From: an uncultured Rhizobiaceae bacterium
Lineage (GTDB): Bacteria > Pseudomonadota > Alphaproteobacteria > UBA828
Assembly (NCBI GenBank): GCA_964624055.1
Contig: CAZUXZ010000135.1
Coordinates: forward strand, 1,365 to 65,364
DNA: 64,000 nucleotides
Direction: 5' to 3'
Numbering within the stretch: the first letter of the stretch is position 1; every line of letters begins with the position of its first letter. A program made the position numbers and the translations under genes. The notes under the pieces are model-generated. The model was given only the letters and a program-made list of their open reading frames with translations. It was not told where the DNA came from and did not search any database. Of this stretch, positions 39,555 to 49,883 are shown one piece after another.

Positions 39555-40846
39555 CCGCGCGCCGCTTTATCAGAAATGGATTGCACGTGTTCATCCAGGA
39601 AGGCGGCGATCAGGAGGCGACGCGCCGAAGCCTCGTCAATGCCTCGCGCTCGCAGATAAAACAATTGCTCGCAATCCAGCTCGCCAACCGTGGCACCGTG
39701 GCTGCATTTGACATCGTCGGCATAGATTTCCAATTCGGGCTTAGCATCCATTACCGCCTCGGGCGAAAGCAAAAGTGCCCGGCTGAGCTGATTACCGTCT
39801 GTCTTCTGCGCATCGCGCCGGACCACCGTCTTGCCTTGAAAGACCCCATGGGAGCGTTCATCGAGCACACCCTTATAGGATAGCCGGCTGACGCAATTAG
39901 GCGCCGTATGGTCAACGCGCAGCCGGTTGTCGATTTCTTGTTCGCCCCCCATCATAAAGCCGCCGCTAAGATCGCAACTTGAGCCCTCGCCTTCGAGGAC
40001 GACTTCAATTTCGTTGCGCACATAGCGACCACCAGTGGCAACGATGAAATTCTCGTAAGATGCGCCTGAAGCAGCCCAGACTTTGGTCGAGGAGGTTTGC
40101 CACGCCTGGACGCTCTCCTCCTGAAGCCTGTAATGACGCATCGAAGAGTTCTCGCCGAGGCGGATATCGGCCACCGGGTTCGACCAATATTCATGACCGC
40201 CAAGCGTGGCGTGCTGCTCTCCGAGGGAGAGATAACTTCCCTCTCCGACATGAATGGAAATACGCGGATGGTAGGCCGGCGTGCCACCATCTGGCACGGC
40301 GACAAACAGCAGTTCTAGCTCCAGTTCGGCTTCTGGCTCGAGAATGACCAGGCAGCCATCCGCCGTCAGTGCAGAGTTGAGCACTGCCAGGGCGTGCCCG
40401 TCCTGTTTCAAAAATTCGCCGACATGCGATTTAAGCAAATCAGCCTCTTGCGCAATGGCATCGGCCAAGCCGATCACGCGCACGCCAGCCGGAAGTTCCG
40501 CTCGCGCCGACGATGTACCGTCCAGCAAGCCATTGACGAATACCAACCGAGCCGCAGCACTTCTCTTGGAAAAACGCCGTTTGATTTCGTTACGCGCCGC
40601 CTCCGCGGCTGTTCGCTCGGGGTCAGTGAACTCGGTTTTTGCGAGCGGCAAGAGGTTAGAATATTTCCACTCTTCGACTTTCTGATCGGGTAGACCAAGT
40701 TCCGCGAAACGTGCCATCGCCGCGCCGCGGCCGTCGAGTAGCCATGACAAATTGCCGCCTGGCAAATCCGCCAAAGAAACCCTTCCCGCGTAGGGCAGTG
40801 CGATCGAACGTCCCGGATGCGTCGTCAGGGGCGAGACAACGCTCAT
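39494..40846 (-). CDS. sufD: Fe-S cluster assembly protein SufD
   Basis: 450 aa. Beta-helix-type SufB/D family sequence following sufC. C-terminal SufBD domain. Confidence 0.8.
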   Translation of the reverse strand: MSVVSPLTTHPGRSIALPYAGRVSLADLPGGNLSWLLDGRGAAMARFAELGLPDQKVEEWKYSNLLPLAKTEFTDPERTAAEAARNEIKRRFSKRSAAARLVFVNGLLDGTSSARAELPAGVRVIGLADAIAQEADLLKSHVGEFLKQDGHALAVLNSALTADGCLVILEPEAELELELLFVAVPDGGTPAYHPRISIHVGEGSYLSLGEQHATLGGHEYWSNPVADIRLGENSSMRHYRLQEESVQAWQTSSTKVWAASGASYENFIVATGGRYVRNEIEVVLEGEGSSCDLSGGFMMGGEQEIDNRLRVDHTAPNCVSRLSYKGVLDERSHGVFQGKTVVRRDAQKTDGNQLSRALLLSPEAVMDAKPELEIYADDVKCSHGATVGELDCEQLFYLRARGIDEASARRLLIAAFLDEHVQSISDKAARGWLAGAVTGWLARRETERAA

Positions 40847-40847
40847 A

Positions 40848-41606
40848 TCACGCCGCTGCCTCCGTGCCGCCAGTCAAGCTGCTATACCCCTTTTCTTCGA
40901 GCTCCAACGCTAACTCCTTACCGCCGGAACGCAGGATTTTGCCCCCGGCCAGCACATGCACGAAATCCGGCACAATATAATCGAGTAGGCGTTGATAATG
41001 CGTAATGACAATCATGGCGCGCTCAGGCGAGCGCAAGGCGTTTATCCCCTCAGCAGCAATCTTCAACGCATCAATATCGAGACCGGAATCCGTCTCATCG
41101 AGCACAGCAAGATAGGGTTCAAGCAGGGACATCTGCAAAACCTCGTTACGCTTTTTCTCGCCGCCTGAGAACCCGACATTGAGAGCTCGGCGCATCATTT
41201 CCTCGCTGATGCCGAGCGCCTCCCGCTTCTCACGGATGATCTTGAGAAACTCCATGGCGTCATATTCGTTCTCACCACGATTCTTGCGCACGGCATTAAC
41301 CGCCGTCTTTAGGAAGGTCGCACTGCCAACACCCGGAATCTCTACCGGATACTGAAACGCGAGAAAGAGGCCCTCGCGGGCGCGTTCTTCCGGTTCGAGA
41401 GCGAGAAGATCTTTGCCGCGATAAGTAACGTAGCCACCGGTGACGTCATATCCGTCGCGGCCGGCCAGCACATAGGAGAGCGTACTTTTTCCCGAACCAT
41501 TCGGCCCCATGATTGCATGCACCTCGCCAGCGCCGACGGAAAGCGTGAAATCTTGCAAAATTTCCTTACCTTCCACTGAGACGGAGAGGCCTCTAATTTC
41601 AAGCAT
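40848..41606 (-). CDS. sufC: Fe-S cluster assembly ATPase SufC
   Basis: MLEIRGLSVSV..., Walker A GPNGSGKST, LSGGEKKRNEVLQM, VLDETDSGLDIDAL. Start moved to the internal ATG at ~41606 because the ORF-track extension overlaps sufB. Confidence 0.9.
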   Translation of the reverse strand: MLEIRGLSVSVEGKEILQDFTLSVGAGEVHAIMGPNGSGKSTLSYVLAGRDGYDVTGGYVTYRGKDLLALEPEERAREGLFLAFQYPVEIPGVGSATFLKTAVNAVRKNRGENEYDAMEFLKIIREKREALGISEEMMRRALNVGFSGGEKKRNEVLQMSLLEPYLAVLDETDSGLDIDALKIAAEGINALRSPERAMIVITHYQRLLDYIVPDFVHVLAGGKILRSGGKELALELEEKGYSSLTGGTEAAA

Positions 41607-41632
41607 AGCCACTTTCCAAATCGCGCCGGCGT

Positions 41633-43096
41633 TCAGCCGACGCTCCCTTCTAAACTGATGGCAACAAGCTTCTGAGCTTCGACAGCAAATTCCATCGGTA
41701 GCTCCTGCAAGACTTCCCTGCAAAACCCGTTAACGATTAGAGCGACCGCGTCTTCCTCGTCGATGCCTCGCTGGCGACAATAAAATAGCTGGTCTTCGCT
41801 AATTTTCGAAGTTGTCGCCTCATGCTCGAGATGCGCGGAGGCGTTGCGAGATTCGATATAGGGAACCGTATGAGCACCGCAGCGATCACCAATTAAAAGA
41901 GAATCGCATTGCGTGTGATTACGCGCGTTCTCGGCCTTGCCCTGAACCCGCACAAGTCCACGATATGTCTGTTCCGCACGCCCAGCAGAGATACCCTTGG
42001 AGATAATGCGGCTCTTGGTGTCCTTGCCGATATGGATCATCTTGGTGCCCGTATCAGCTTGCTGGCAATTGTTAGTGATGGCTATGGAATAAAACTCTCC
42101 AGACGAGCCATCGCCAATCAACAGACAGCTCGGATATTTCCAAGTGATAGCGGAGCCGGTTTCCACCTGAGTCCACGAAATCTTCGAATTGCGGCCCCGG
42201 CAGGCGCCGCGCTTGGTGACAAAATTAAAAATTCCACCCTTACCATTCTCATCACCCGGGTACCAATTCTGTACCGTGGAATATTTGATCTCAGCATCGT
42301 CAAAGGCGACCAGTTCGACCACGGCAGCGTGCAGCTGGTTTTCATCGCGCATCGGTGCGGTACACCCTTCAAGATAACTCACATAAGAGCCCTCATCGGC
42401 GATAATCAGCGTTCTCTCAAACTGTCCGGTATTGGCAGCGTTGATGCGAAAATAAGTGCTGAGCTCCATAGGACAGCGCACGCCCTTAGGGATATAGACG
42501 AAGGATCCGTCGGTGAAGACGGCTGAATTGAGGGTCGCAAAATAATTGTCCGCATAGGGCACGACAGTACCCAGATATTTTTGCACCAGCTCGGGATGGT
42601 TCGTCACCGCCTCCGAGAGGGAGCAGAAGATCACGCCCATTTCCGACAGTTTGGACTTGAAGGTTGTCGCTACGGAGACGCTGTCGAACACGGCGTCGAC
42701 CGCGACACCGGCCAGCATCTCCTGCTCCTGCAGGGGAATACCCAGCTTCTCATAGGTTCGCAGCAATTCCGGATCGACTTCATCGAGGCTCTGGGGTCGA
42801 TCCTCATCACGCATTGGCGCAGAGTAGTAACTAGAAGCCTGATAATCGATTTCGGGATAATCGAGGTGAGCCCAGCCCGGCGTATCCTCCATTGTCTCTG
42901 CCCACCGCTCATAAGCTCGGAGTCGCCAATCGAGGAGCCATTCGGGCTCGTCTTTCTTAGCCGAAATAAAGCGGACGATTTCCTCGTTCAACCCAGGCGG
43001 TGCGGAGTCAGTTTCGATATCGGTGACGAAACCATACTTGTAGCGCGCCTCAGCAAGCTCTCCCAAGACCTGCGCCGTTTCGCTGTTGGATGCCAT
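41633..43096 (-). CDS. sufB: Fe-S cluster assembly protein SufB
   Basis: 487 aa. Highly conserved SufB sequence (e.g. [28 protein letters not shown]). Confidence 0.9.
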   Translation of the reverse strand: MASNSETAQVLGELAEARYKYGFVTDIETDSAPPGLNEEIVRFISAKKDEPEWLLDWRLRAYERWAETMEDTPGWAHLDYPEIDYQASSYYSAPMRDEDRPQSLDEVDPELLRTYEKLGIPLQEQEMLAGVAVDAVFDSVSVATTFKSKLSEMGVIFCSLSEAVTNHPELVQKYLGTVVPYADNYFATLNSAVFTDGSFVYIPKGVRCPMELSTYFRINAANTGQFERTLIIADEGSYVSYLEGCTAPMRDENQLHAAVVELVAFDDAEIKYSTVQNWYPGDENGKGGIFNFVTKRGACRGRNSKISWTQVETGSAITWKYPSCLLIGDGSSGEFYSIAITNNCQQADTGTKMIHIGKDTKSRIISKGISAGRAEQTYRGLVRVQGKAENARNHTQCDSLLIGDRCGAHTVPYIESRNASAHLEHEATTSKISEDQLFYCRQRGIDEEDAVALIVNGFCREVLQELPMEFAVEAQKLVAISLEGSVG

Positions 43097-43115
43097 ACGC
43101 TGCGTACCTAATTAA

Positions 43116-43595
43116 TTAATTGGAGTCGATAATCGACGCAGACGGCATTTCCCGCCGATCCTGTCGCAAATTGAAATCATCGCCCGGAAAGGAGCTGGCG
43201 ATGCTCGCTAGGGTCACTTCTTCGAGAGCGACACGTATGGCGTCACTCACTTTCTGCCAGGGTCCCCGGACTGCACAAAAACCTTCTAGCCCGCAAACGC
43301 TGGCATTGTTATCCTGCAAACAATCCGCGAGGGCGATCGGTCCATCCAATGCGACTACCAGATCCGCGACCGAAATCTGGTCCGGCGGCCGAGCAAGACC
43401 ATACCCACCGAACGCCCCGCGCCGGGAAACTACAACGCCGTTTTTCACAAGCGTCTTCAATAGCTTGCTTACAGTCGGCAAAGGGACGCCGGTGCTCTCG
43501 GAGATTCTTGACGAGCTAAAATAGTCCTGGGGCTCGCGCGCCAAAAAACTGAGCGTGACAACGCCGTAATCCGCCATTCTGCTAATCCGAATCAT
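43116..43595 (-). CDS. Rrf2-family transcriptional regulator (IscR/SufR-like) heading the suf operon
   Basis: 159 aa. MIRISRMADYGVVTLSFLA winged-helix N-terminus. Three Cys (CLQDNNASVCGLEGFC) for a putative Fe-S sensor. Confidence 0.8.
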   Translation of the reverse strand: MIRISRMADYGVVTLSFLAREPQDYFSSSRISESTGVPLPTVSKLLKTLVKNGVVVSRRGAFGGYGLARPPDQISVADLVVALDGPIALADCLQDNNASVCGLEGFCAVRGPWQKVSDAIRVALEEVTLASIASSFPGDDFNLRQDRREMPSASIIDSN

Positions 43596-43843
43596 AACAA
43601 ATCGTATATAGGACTAATTTTGTGCTCTTTCAATAGGCGAACTGGCAGTGAGTAAAACTGCCCGGCTATCAATAACCTATTTATTCAGTCGGCGATTTAG
43701 ATGGTTTGGCGGAGCCGCTGTATTTCGGACCGAACAGCATGATGAAGCTTTTCTAGTCGAACGACCCAGGATATTGGGCGTGGAACAAATTTACGAAACA
43801 TAGCGATAGGGAGGCCATGGCAAAATTCGCTTGTCGGTTGCTC

Positions 43844-44617
43844 CTACTGAGCAGTGAAGCCCCCATCAACCGGCATCGCCATACCGGTGGTAAACGATGC
43901 CTGGTCTGAGCAAAGCCAAACGATAGCGCCGCCGATTTCTTCGGGCCGGCCTATTCGGCCGAGCGGCAGGCGACCGGTAATAGTTTTCATGATATCGGCC
44001 GCCGCCTCAGGTTGAGCAAGCAGCATTTGATCGACCAGCGGCGTCTGTACCGGACCAGGACAAACTGCATTCACTCTTATGCCCAACTTTGCGTTTTCCA
44101 ATGCCGCCGTCTTTGTCAGGCCAAGAACGCCATGCTTGGCCGCGGAGTAGGCCGGCATGCCGTATGAGCCAACAAGCCCAAAATTCGACGCAATATTGAC
44201 GATCGCGCCGGCGCCCTGGCGCTTCATTTGTTGGATCTCGTACTTCATGCAGAGCCAAACCCCGGTCAGATTAATCGCGATGATGCGGTTCCAATTGTCT
44301 TCACCGCATTGGTCGGTAGTGCCTACTTCGCCCTGAATGCCGGCATTGTTGATTGCGCAATTGATAGCGCCAAAGCGCTTGATGGCTCTTGCCACAAGCG
44401 CCTTGACATCGACGGCGCGCGACACGTCAGCCTCAACGAACAAAGCCTCACCGCCAGCGGCTTCAATCTGCTGCACCGTGTCCGCGCCGCCATTAGTGTC
44501 CACATCACAAACCACTACTTTGGCACCGTCACGCGACAAAGCAAGCGCGGCAGATTCTCCAATTCCCGCGCCACCGCCGGTGACCAGAGCGACTTTTCCG
44601 TCTAATAATCCCGCCAT
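43844..44617 (-). CDS. Short-chain dehydrogenase/reductase (SDR)
   Basis: KVALVTGGGAGIGESAA Rossmann motif, catalytic YSAAKHGV, NAVCPGPVQTP. Confidence 0.85.
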   Translation of the reverse strand: MAGLLDGKVALVTGGGAGIGESAALALSRDGAKVVVCDVDTNGGADTVQQIEAAGGEALFVEADVSRAVDVKALVARAIKRFGAINCAINNAGIQGEVGTTDQCGEDNWNRIIAINLTGVWLCMKYEIQQMKRQGAGAIVNIASNFGLVGSYGMPAYSAAKHGVLGLTKTAALENAKLGIRVNAVCPGPVQTPLVDQMLLAQPEAAADIMKTITGRLPLGRIGRPEEIGGAIVWLCSDQASFTTGMAMPVDGGFTAQ

Positions 44618-44658
44618 TATACAGTTCTCTATCTACACCCCGACGGCCTATTCAGACG

Positions 44659-44979
44659 TCAAGTCGACTGGAATTTCAGCGGCGAGACGGCAACTATCAC
44701 GTCCCGCGACTTGTAACGTTCCACCAGGTTCGACACTTCGATCAGGGAAAGTGTCATGTGGAACAGACGCTCCGCCGGTACCGGCATATCATCGATGGGG
44801 AATCCGTCGAGATAATCCACGATCTCCTCCAGACTCGGAAAGATCGCATCGTAAAACTCCTGCACCTCTTCAAAGCTGCTGGCCTCGCGCTTCTCGGTAC
44901 GCGCACGCTCGCGTTCTAATGACCACCCGATAAACGGTTCGAGTGCCTCGAACTCCGCTGGCAATTGCGCTTCGCCCAT
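44659..44979 (-). CDS. Hypothetical protein (106 aa) between Rieske oxygenase and SDR
   Basis: Co-directional ORF with short intergenic gaps. Acidic, with no known motif. Confidence 0.4.
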   Translation of the reverse strand: MGEAQLPAEFEALEPFIGWSLERERARTEKREASSFEEVQEFYDAIFPSLEEIVDYLDGFPIDDMPVPAERLFHMTLSLIEVSNLVERYKSRDVIVAVSPLKFQST

Positions 44980-45017
44980 CGCATTCTTCCCTCTTTTACC
45001 TTGTGCCGTGCTGCCGG

Positions 45018-46208
45018 CTATGCGTTATTGTAATATCCCATATGATCCTCCAACACCTTATGGAAATGGCGGATCTGAATTTCATCGTCCTGGTAGATGG
45101 ATTCCTGCCTTACCCGCGAAGTCAGACCGTTCTGCAAAAGCTCGTGTGCCACCGCATCCTCCTGCAAAACGTCACGAATGAGGCATTTGAAATTTTCCTG
45201 CATAAGCCGCTGCCCGATCGTTTGCGCTGACGGTGAATAATTTCGAATCTCCCAAACCGTTCGATCAACGCCAATGGGCCAGAAATTATAGGTAATGCAG
45301 CCGTCCTCCGACGGACCTCGGAACAGGATAATAACCATATTAGGGAACAGCACATAGAAATCGAACTCGCTGATTAATTGCGGAATTCGAACATTGTCAC
45401 GACCCATATTGAAACCGCCCAATTTCCGCTCTAACGGCGTGAGCGGTGGATCCTCAACAAATTCCGAAGCCCATACGCTGTGGCGCCTCCATAGATTCAC
45501 CTCCTGAAAGCGGCAGTGGTTCTTCTCGTTCATCATGAAGGTCTTGCCTATCAGTCGAGAATGCTGAAACGGTAAATGGTAGATCTCGTTCTGGGCGTCC
45601 AGACCAACTTTCCAGTTTGCGCGTTCGTCGACCTTATAGGTCTGCATTAGCGACAATTCGCCGAAAGGACACCCGTCCAACTGCTCTGCGACGCCCTTGA
45701 GATATTCGCGTAGGGTCTCTTTCGGATTCGGGTCTAGATTAATGAAAATAAACCCCTCCCAGATATCCATGTTGACCGGCGTGAGGCCGAGCCTGCTCTT
45801 GTCTAGATCGAAGAAGTTCTCCTCGTCGGGAACACGAAGCAGGTCGCCTTCATCGCTATAGAGCCAGGCATGAAAGGAACAGTACACCGCGCCGGGGCAG
45901 CTTCCTTTTTCCTTGGTGACTAATTTGTTGCCGCGATGGGAACAGACATTGTGAAACCCTCGCACCACGCCATCATTGCCGCGGATGAACAGCAGGCTGG
46001 CCTTGGCTACGGTGAAATCGCGCATGAAGAAATCCCCAGGATTGGGAATATCGTCGACACGGCCCATGTTGATCCAGGTGCGGCGAAAAACCCGCTCCCG
46101 CTCAAGCTCAAAATATTCTGGCGACACGCAGGATTCGTTGGGCACCGGACCAGTATCGAGCTCTGGATACTTCTCCGTCCATTGCTTTTCGCGCATGATA
46201 GTTTTCAT
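45018..46208 (-). CDS. Rieske [2Fe-2S] non-heme-iron oxygenase alpha subunit (GbcA/CntA/Stc2-like)
   Basis: Rieske ligands CSHRG...CSFHAW. Mononuclear-iron motif NEIYHLPFQH. 396 aa. Confidence 0.8.
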   Translation of the reverse strand: MKTIMREKQWTEKYPELDTGPVPNESCVSPEYFELERERVFRRTWINMGRVDDIPNPGDFFMRDFTVAKASLLFIRGNDGVVRGFHNVCSHRGNKLVTKEKGSCPGAVYCSFHAWLYSDEGDLLRVPDEENFFDLDKSRLGLTPVNMDIWEGFIFINLDPNPKETLREYLKGVAEQLDGCPFGELSLMQTYKVDERANWKVGLDAQNEIYHLPFQHSRLIGKTFMMNEKNHCRFQEVNLWRRHSVWASEFVEDPPLTPLERKLGGFNMGRDNVRIPQLISEFDFYVLFPNMVIILFRGPSEDGCITYNFWPIGVDRTVWEIRNYSPSAQTIGQRLMQENFKCLIRDVLQEDAVAHELLQNGLTSRVRQESIYQDDEIQIRHFHKVLEDHMGYYNNA

Positions 46209-46360
46209 TACTTTACCTCCCCTGGGTCCCCCACCCTGCCGCGCTTAGCTCACGCACACCAGTAAGTTTGCGCCAAGGCAATCTGCTTTGACAATTGGTT
46301 TGTACTTACCTTTAGTTGGTGTTGCCGAAGATAGCCGTCGCTTCTGCGGCGTGACGGCCA

Positions 46361-48337
46361 TTGTCGGTCGGCGGGAGGTATAGCGTGAATGAACCACTTT
46401 GGCGTCCCAGCGAAGCGCGCCACCATGCAGCTAATTTAAACCCCTTCATGGCGCAGGTTGCCCAACGCTGGGGCGAGACGTTCAGCGATTACACGGCCCT
46501 CTATGAATGGTCGATTCGCGATCCGGAAAAATTTTGGCTCTCTATGTGGGAATTTGCCGGTATCATCGCCGAAACCCAGGGCGAAAAAGTTCTGATCGAC
46601 GGCAACAAAATGCCGGGCGCAAAGTGGTTCCCAGATGCAAGGCTGAATTTCGCCGAAAATTTGTTGCGTCGGCGTGACTACGCGGACGCCATGGTATTCT
46701 GGGGCGAGGACCGGGTGCGACGCCGCCTGAGCTATGCAAAACTTTACGATCAGGTCTCGCGGCTGACACAAGCGCTCAAAGCGCGCGGTATCGGAGAAGG
46801 CGACAGGGTCGCTGGTTATCTGCCCAACATGCCGGAGACGATCGTCTCCATGCTGGCAACGGCGAGCCTTGGCGCCATTTGGTCTTCCTGCTCTCCCGAT
46901 TTTGGCGCCCGGGGCGTTGTTGACCGTTTCGGGCAGATCAAGCCGAAAGCGATAATCGCCACTGAGGGCTATTACTATAATGGTAAGGAACTGGACTGTC
47001 TCGACAAACTCAGAGAAGTGCTGACGGAACTTGAGGGCATCAAGACGGTAATCGTTGTTTCCTATACCCAAGAGCGGGCCGATCTCGCGAAAATATCTGG
47101 AGCTGAGCATTACGCCGATATTATTGCCGAGCAAATTGGTGGGGAGATCGATTTCGCGTCCATGCCGTTCAACCATCCGCTTTTCATAATGTTCTCCTCG
47201 GGCACAACAGGGGCGCCCAAATGCATCGTCCACGGCGCCGGCGGAACACTAATTCAACTTATGAAAGAACATTTGTTACATACTGATATAAAAGAAAATG
47301 ATCGCGTTTTTTATTTCACTACATGCGGCTGGATGATGTGGAACTGGTTGGTCACGGCATTGGCTTCAAGGGCAACACTTTTGCTCTATGACGGCGCTCC
47401 CTTTCACCCCGACGGCAATGTGCTGTTCGACTACGCTGATGCCGAGGCGATGACACTGTTTGGCACCTCTGCCAAATTCATTGATGCCGCCCATAAGGCC
47501 AACATCGCGCCAATAAAAACCCACAGCCTGGAGCAATTGCGAACCATGGCCTCAACCGGTTCGCCGCTTGCGCCAGAGAGCTTCGAATATATCTATCGCG
47601 AGGTTAAAAGAGATATTCACCTTGCCTCCATTTCCGGCGGCACCGATATCATTTCCTGCTTCGCCCTCGGCAATCCCGTCGGTCCGGTCTGGCCGGGCGA
47701 ACTGCAAGCCCTTGGTCTCGGCATGCAGGTCGAGGTTTTCAACGACGACGGCGAACCAATCCGCGGGGAGAAAGGAGAGTTGGTCTGCGCGGCCCCCTTC
47801 CCTTCCATGCCGGTGTCGTTCTGGAACGACGAAGACGGCGGAAAATATCGGGCGGCCTATTTCGAACGCTTTCCTAACACCTGGCACCATGGTGACTATG
47901 TAGCGCTGACCGAGCATGACGGCATGATCATCTACGGCCGATCGGACGCGGTGCTGAACCCCGGCGGAGTGCGTATCGGTACGGCCGAGATCTACCGCCA
48001 GGTCGAACAACTAGCGGAAGTTGTAGAAGCAATCTGCGTCGGGCAGGACTGGCAGGACGACGTCCGGGTGGTACTTTTTGTGCGCCTACAGACGGGACTC
48101 ACCCTTGATGAGGAACTGGTTCAACGCATTCGCAACCATATTCGCACCAAGTGCACGCCGCGCCATGTACCGGCAAAGGTAATTCAAATAGCCGATATTC
48201 CACGCACTCGCTCAGGCAAAATCACCGAACTTGCCGTGCGTGCGGTGATCCATGGCGAGGCGGTTAAGAACAAGGAAGCGCTAGCCAATCCGGAAGCGCT
48301 CGATCTCTATGCCGGACTGAACGAGCTTGATGACTAA
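46361..48337 (+). CDS. Acetoacetyl-CoA synthetase (acetoacetate-CoA ligase)
   Basis: 658 aa. WFPDARLNFAENLL N-terminal signature of acetoacetyl-CoA synthetases. AMP-binding motifs SSGTTGAPK and YGRSDAVLNPGGVRIG. Confidence 0.8.
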   Translation: MSVGGRYSVNEPLWRPSEARHHAANLNPFMAQVAQRWGETFSDYTALYEWSIRDPEKFWLSMWEFAGIIAETQGEKVLIDGNKMPGAKWFPDARLNFAENLLRRRDYADAMVFWGEDRVRRRLSYAKLYDQVSRLTQALKARGIGEGDRVAGYLPNMPETIVSMLATASLGAIWSSCSPDFGARGVVDRFGQIKPKAIIATEGYYYNGKELDCLDKLREVLTELEGIKTVIVVSYTQERADLAKISGAEHYADIIAEQIGGEIDFASMPFNHPLFIMFSSGTTGAPKCIVHGAGGTLIQLMKEHLLHTDIKENDRVFYFTTCGWMMWNWLVTALASRATLLLYDGAPFHPDGNVLFDYADAEAMTLFGTSAKFIDAAHKANIAPIKTHSLEQLRTMASTGSPLAPESFEYIYREVKRDIHLASISGGTDIISCFALGNPVGPVWPGELQALGLGMQVEVFNDDGEPIRGEKGELVCAAPFPSMPVSFWNDEDGGKYRAAYFERFPNTWHHGDYVALTEHDGMIIYGRSDAVLNPGGVRIGTAEIYRQVEQLAEVVEAICVGQDWQDDVRVVLFVRLQTGLTLDEELVQRIRNHIRTKCTPRHVPAKVIQIADIPRTRSGKITELAVRAVIHGEAVKNKEALANPEALDLYAGLNELDD

Positions 48338-48866
48338 CACAGCTGAGCCGCGCAACTTCGTGCTACTTTGACAGCAACTTTGGCGATGCACCGAGGATCT
48401 TTCCTGTATGCCGAAAGATTTCAGTAAGCGGGTGAGTTAGTAAGTGTACAAGACTCTGGCTCAAGATGACGCCAATGTTGGCCCGGAGATGAGACACGGC
48501 TCACAATTTCTAGCGCGCTATCGGGCGCGGGAATAGAAACAAGGTGCCACGCTTCATAACTCGGGCGGTGGGATGGTTTGTTCAGGCCAGCCCCACAGAC
48601 TGACATTTTTGAATTGCGGTGCAAAAGAAAATGTCGCGTCGAGACTGCTTCGCAGATCAAAGTCTGAACTGAAACAGCTTTCTTGCGGCTCTGCAATAAT
48701 TGCGAAATCAAGGGTCTAAATCTTAAAGTACCAACCCCCAACGATTACGACTAACTTCTACAGCCCCGTAAACTCGACTAACGACCGGTAATATTGAAAG
48801 ATTCCGGAGCTCCATACTCAAGCCATTAATGCGCGCCCACAAAAATCGGACAAATTTACTTCCTAA

Positions 48867-49340
48867 TTAGCCCGCCAACCGACCATTTATGGCGTAATCA
48901 AGTATTTGGACCACCTGACTCGGCGCCTCGGCCACGGCCATGGCCGCACCATCAACCTCTTTCAAGGCATGGCCGAGTGAGGGATCGTGAATGGTGATGA
49001 TAGACTTTCCTTTTGCGGCGGCATAGCCGGCATCGAAGGCAGCGTTCCACTGGCGGTATTTCTCGCCAAACCGTACGATCACCACGTCACTCCGGTCAAT
49101 CAGGGTACGGGTACGGATAGCGTTGACCTTTGCACCCTTATTATCGCGCCAGAAGCTATCCGATTCCGCACCCAAGATTGCAACGCCACAATCGTCGCTT
49201 GAATCATGATCGGTAACGGGTGAAAGAAACTCTACTTCCAGCCCCGCCGCTTGCGCGCCTTGAATGATTTCTTCACGCCAAGTGGTGTGAATTTCGCCGG
49301 AAAGATAGACGGTCCATTTTCTCTGTGCCATGTCACACAC
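48867..49340 (-). CDS. YtoQ-family protein (nucleoside 2-deoxyribosyltransferase-like fold)
   Basis: 157 aa. WTVYLSGEIHTTWREEI N-terminus is characteristic of the YtoQ family. Call from memory. Confidence 0.6.
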   Translation of the reverse strand: MCDMAQRKWTVYLSGEIHTTWREEIIQGAQAAGLEVEFLSPVTDHDSSDDCGVAILGAESDSFWRDNKGAKVNAIRTRTLIDRSDVVIVRFGEKYRQWNAAFDAGYAAAKGKSIITIHDPSLGHALKEVDGAAMAVAEAPSQVVQILDYAINGRLAG

Positions 49341-49883
49341 CCTTTAAGTAAAAATAGATCAATAAAATTATTTATTTATATTTTATCCAACCTCCTACGG
49401 ACAGGTCCATCAAACGTACTGTCACTACTGAACTTACCAGCATAAGGACGCTAACAAAACCGCTAGAGAATAAATTCTCCGTCGCAAAATTTCCGATTTT
49501 GTCTCAAAACGTGACTAGGGTCACATTGGGCTTTTACACGCAATTCTAACGTGGCTGACGCGTTAATTAGTATGCGCTATACTGCTGTAGTTTCGATCAA
49601 CGGAAATGCCGCAGTTTCTCCAAGTAAGTCACTCAAGCTCCCAACCCAAACATGCTTTCGCTCTGCAGCAACCAAGATTGCCCCTGGAAATACTGAATAT
49701 GTCCAGAGAAATCCCCACAATTGTTGGAAGGTGTTACTATCTGCTTTGGGATACCTTGAACAAGCGCCATGCGCACGGATGGATCACGCTTTATCGATTG
49801 TCCGAAACGGCAACGACAATTCACCTCACCAATACCGACCGCGAATTGCTGGAAATACAGCGAAGCGGGTGACACCAACTGAC

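Noticed and set aside
40281-40685. ORF with a poly-Ser run (NSSSSSSSASGSR) antisense to sufD
   Set aside because: Low-complexity translation of the antisense strand of a conserved gene. Not a real CDS.
41607-41723. N-terminal extension of sufC ([17 protein letters not shown]...)
   Set aside because: It overlaps the 3' end of sufB by 90 nt, and SufC homologs start at MLEIRGL. The internal ATG at ~41606 is used instead.
49551-49883. 111-aa N-terminal extension of the second HCCA-isomerase-like ORF
   Set aside because: Family members start at the conserved xPLEVFYSFRSPY block. The extension has no similarity and contains the palindrome and promoter-like sequence, so it is more likely 5' UTR.
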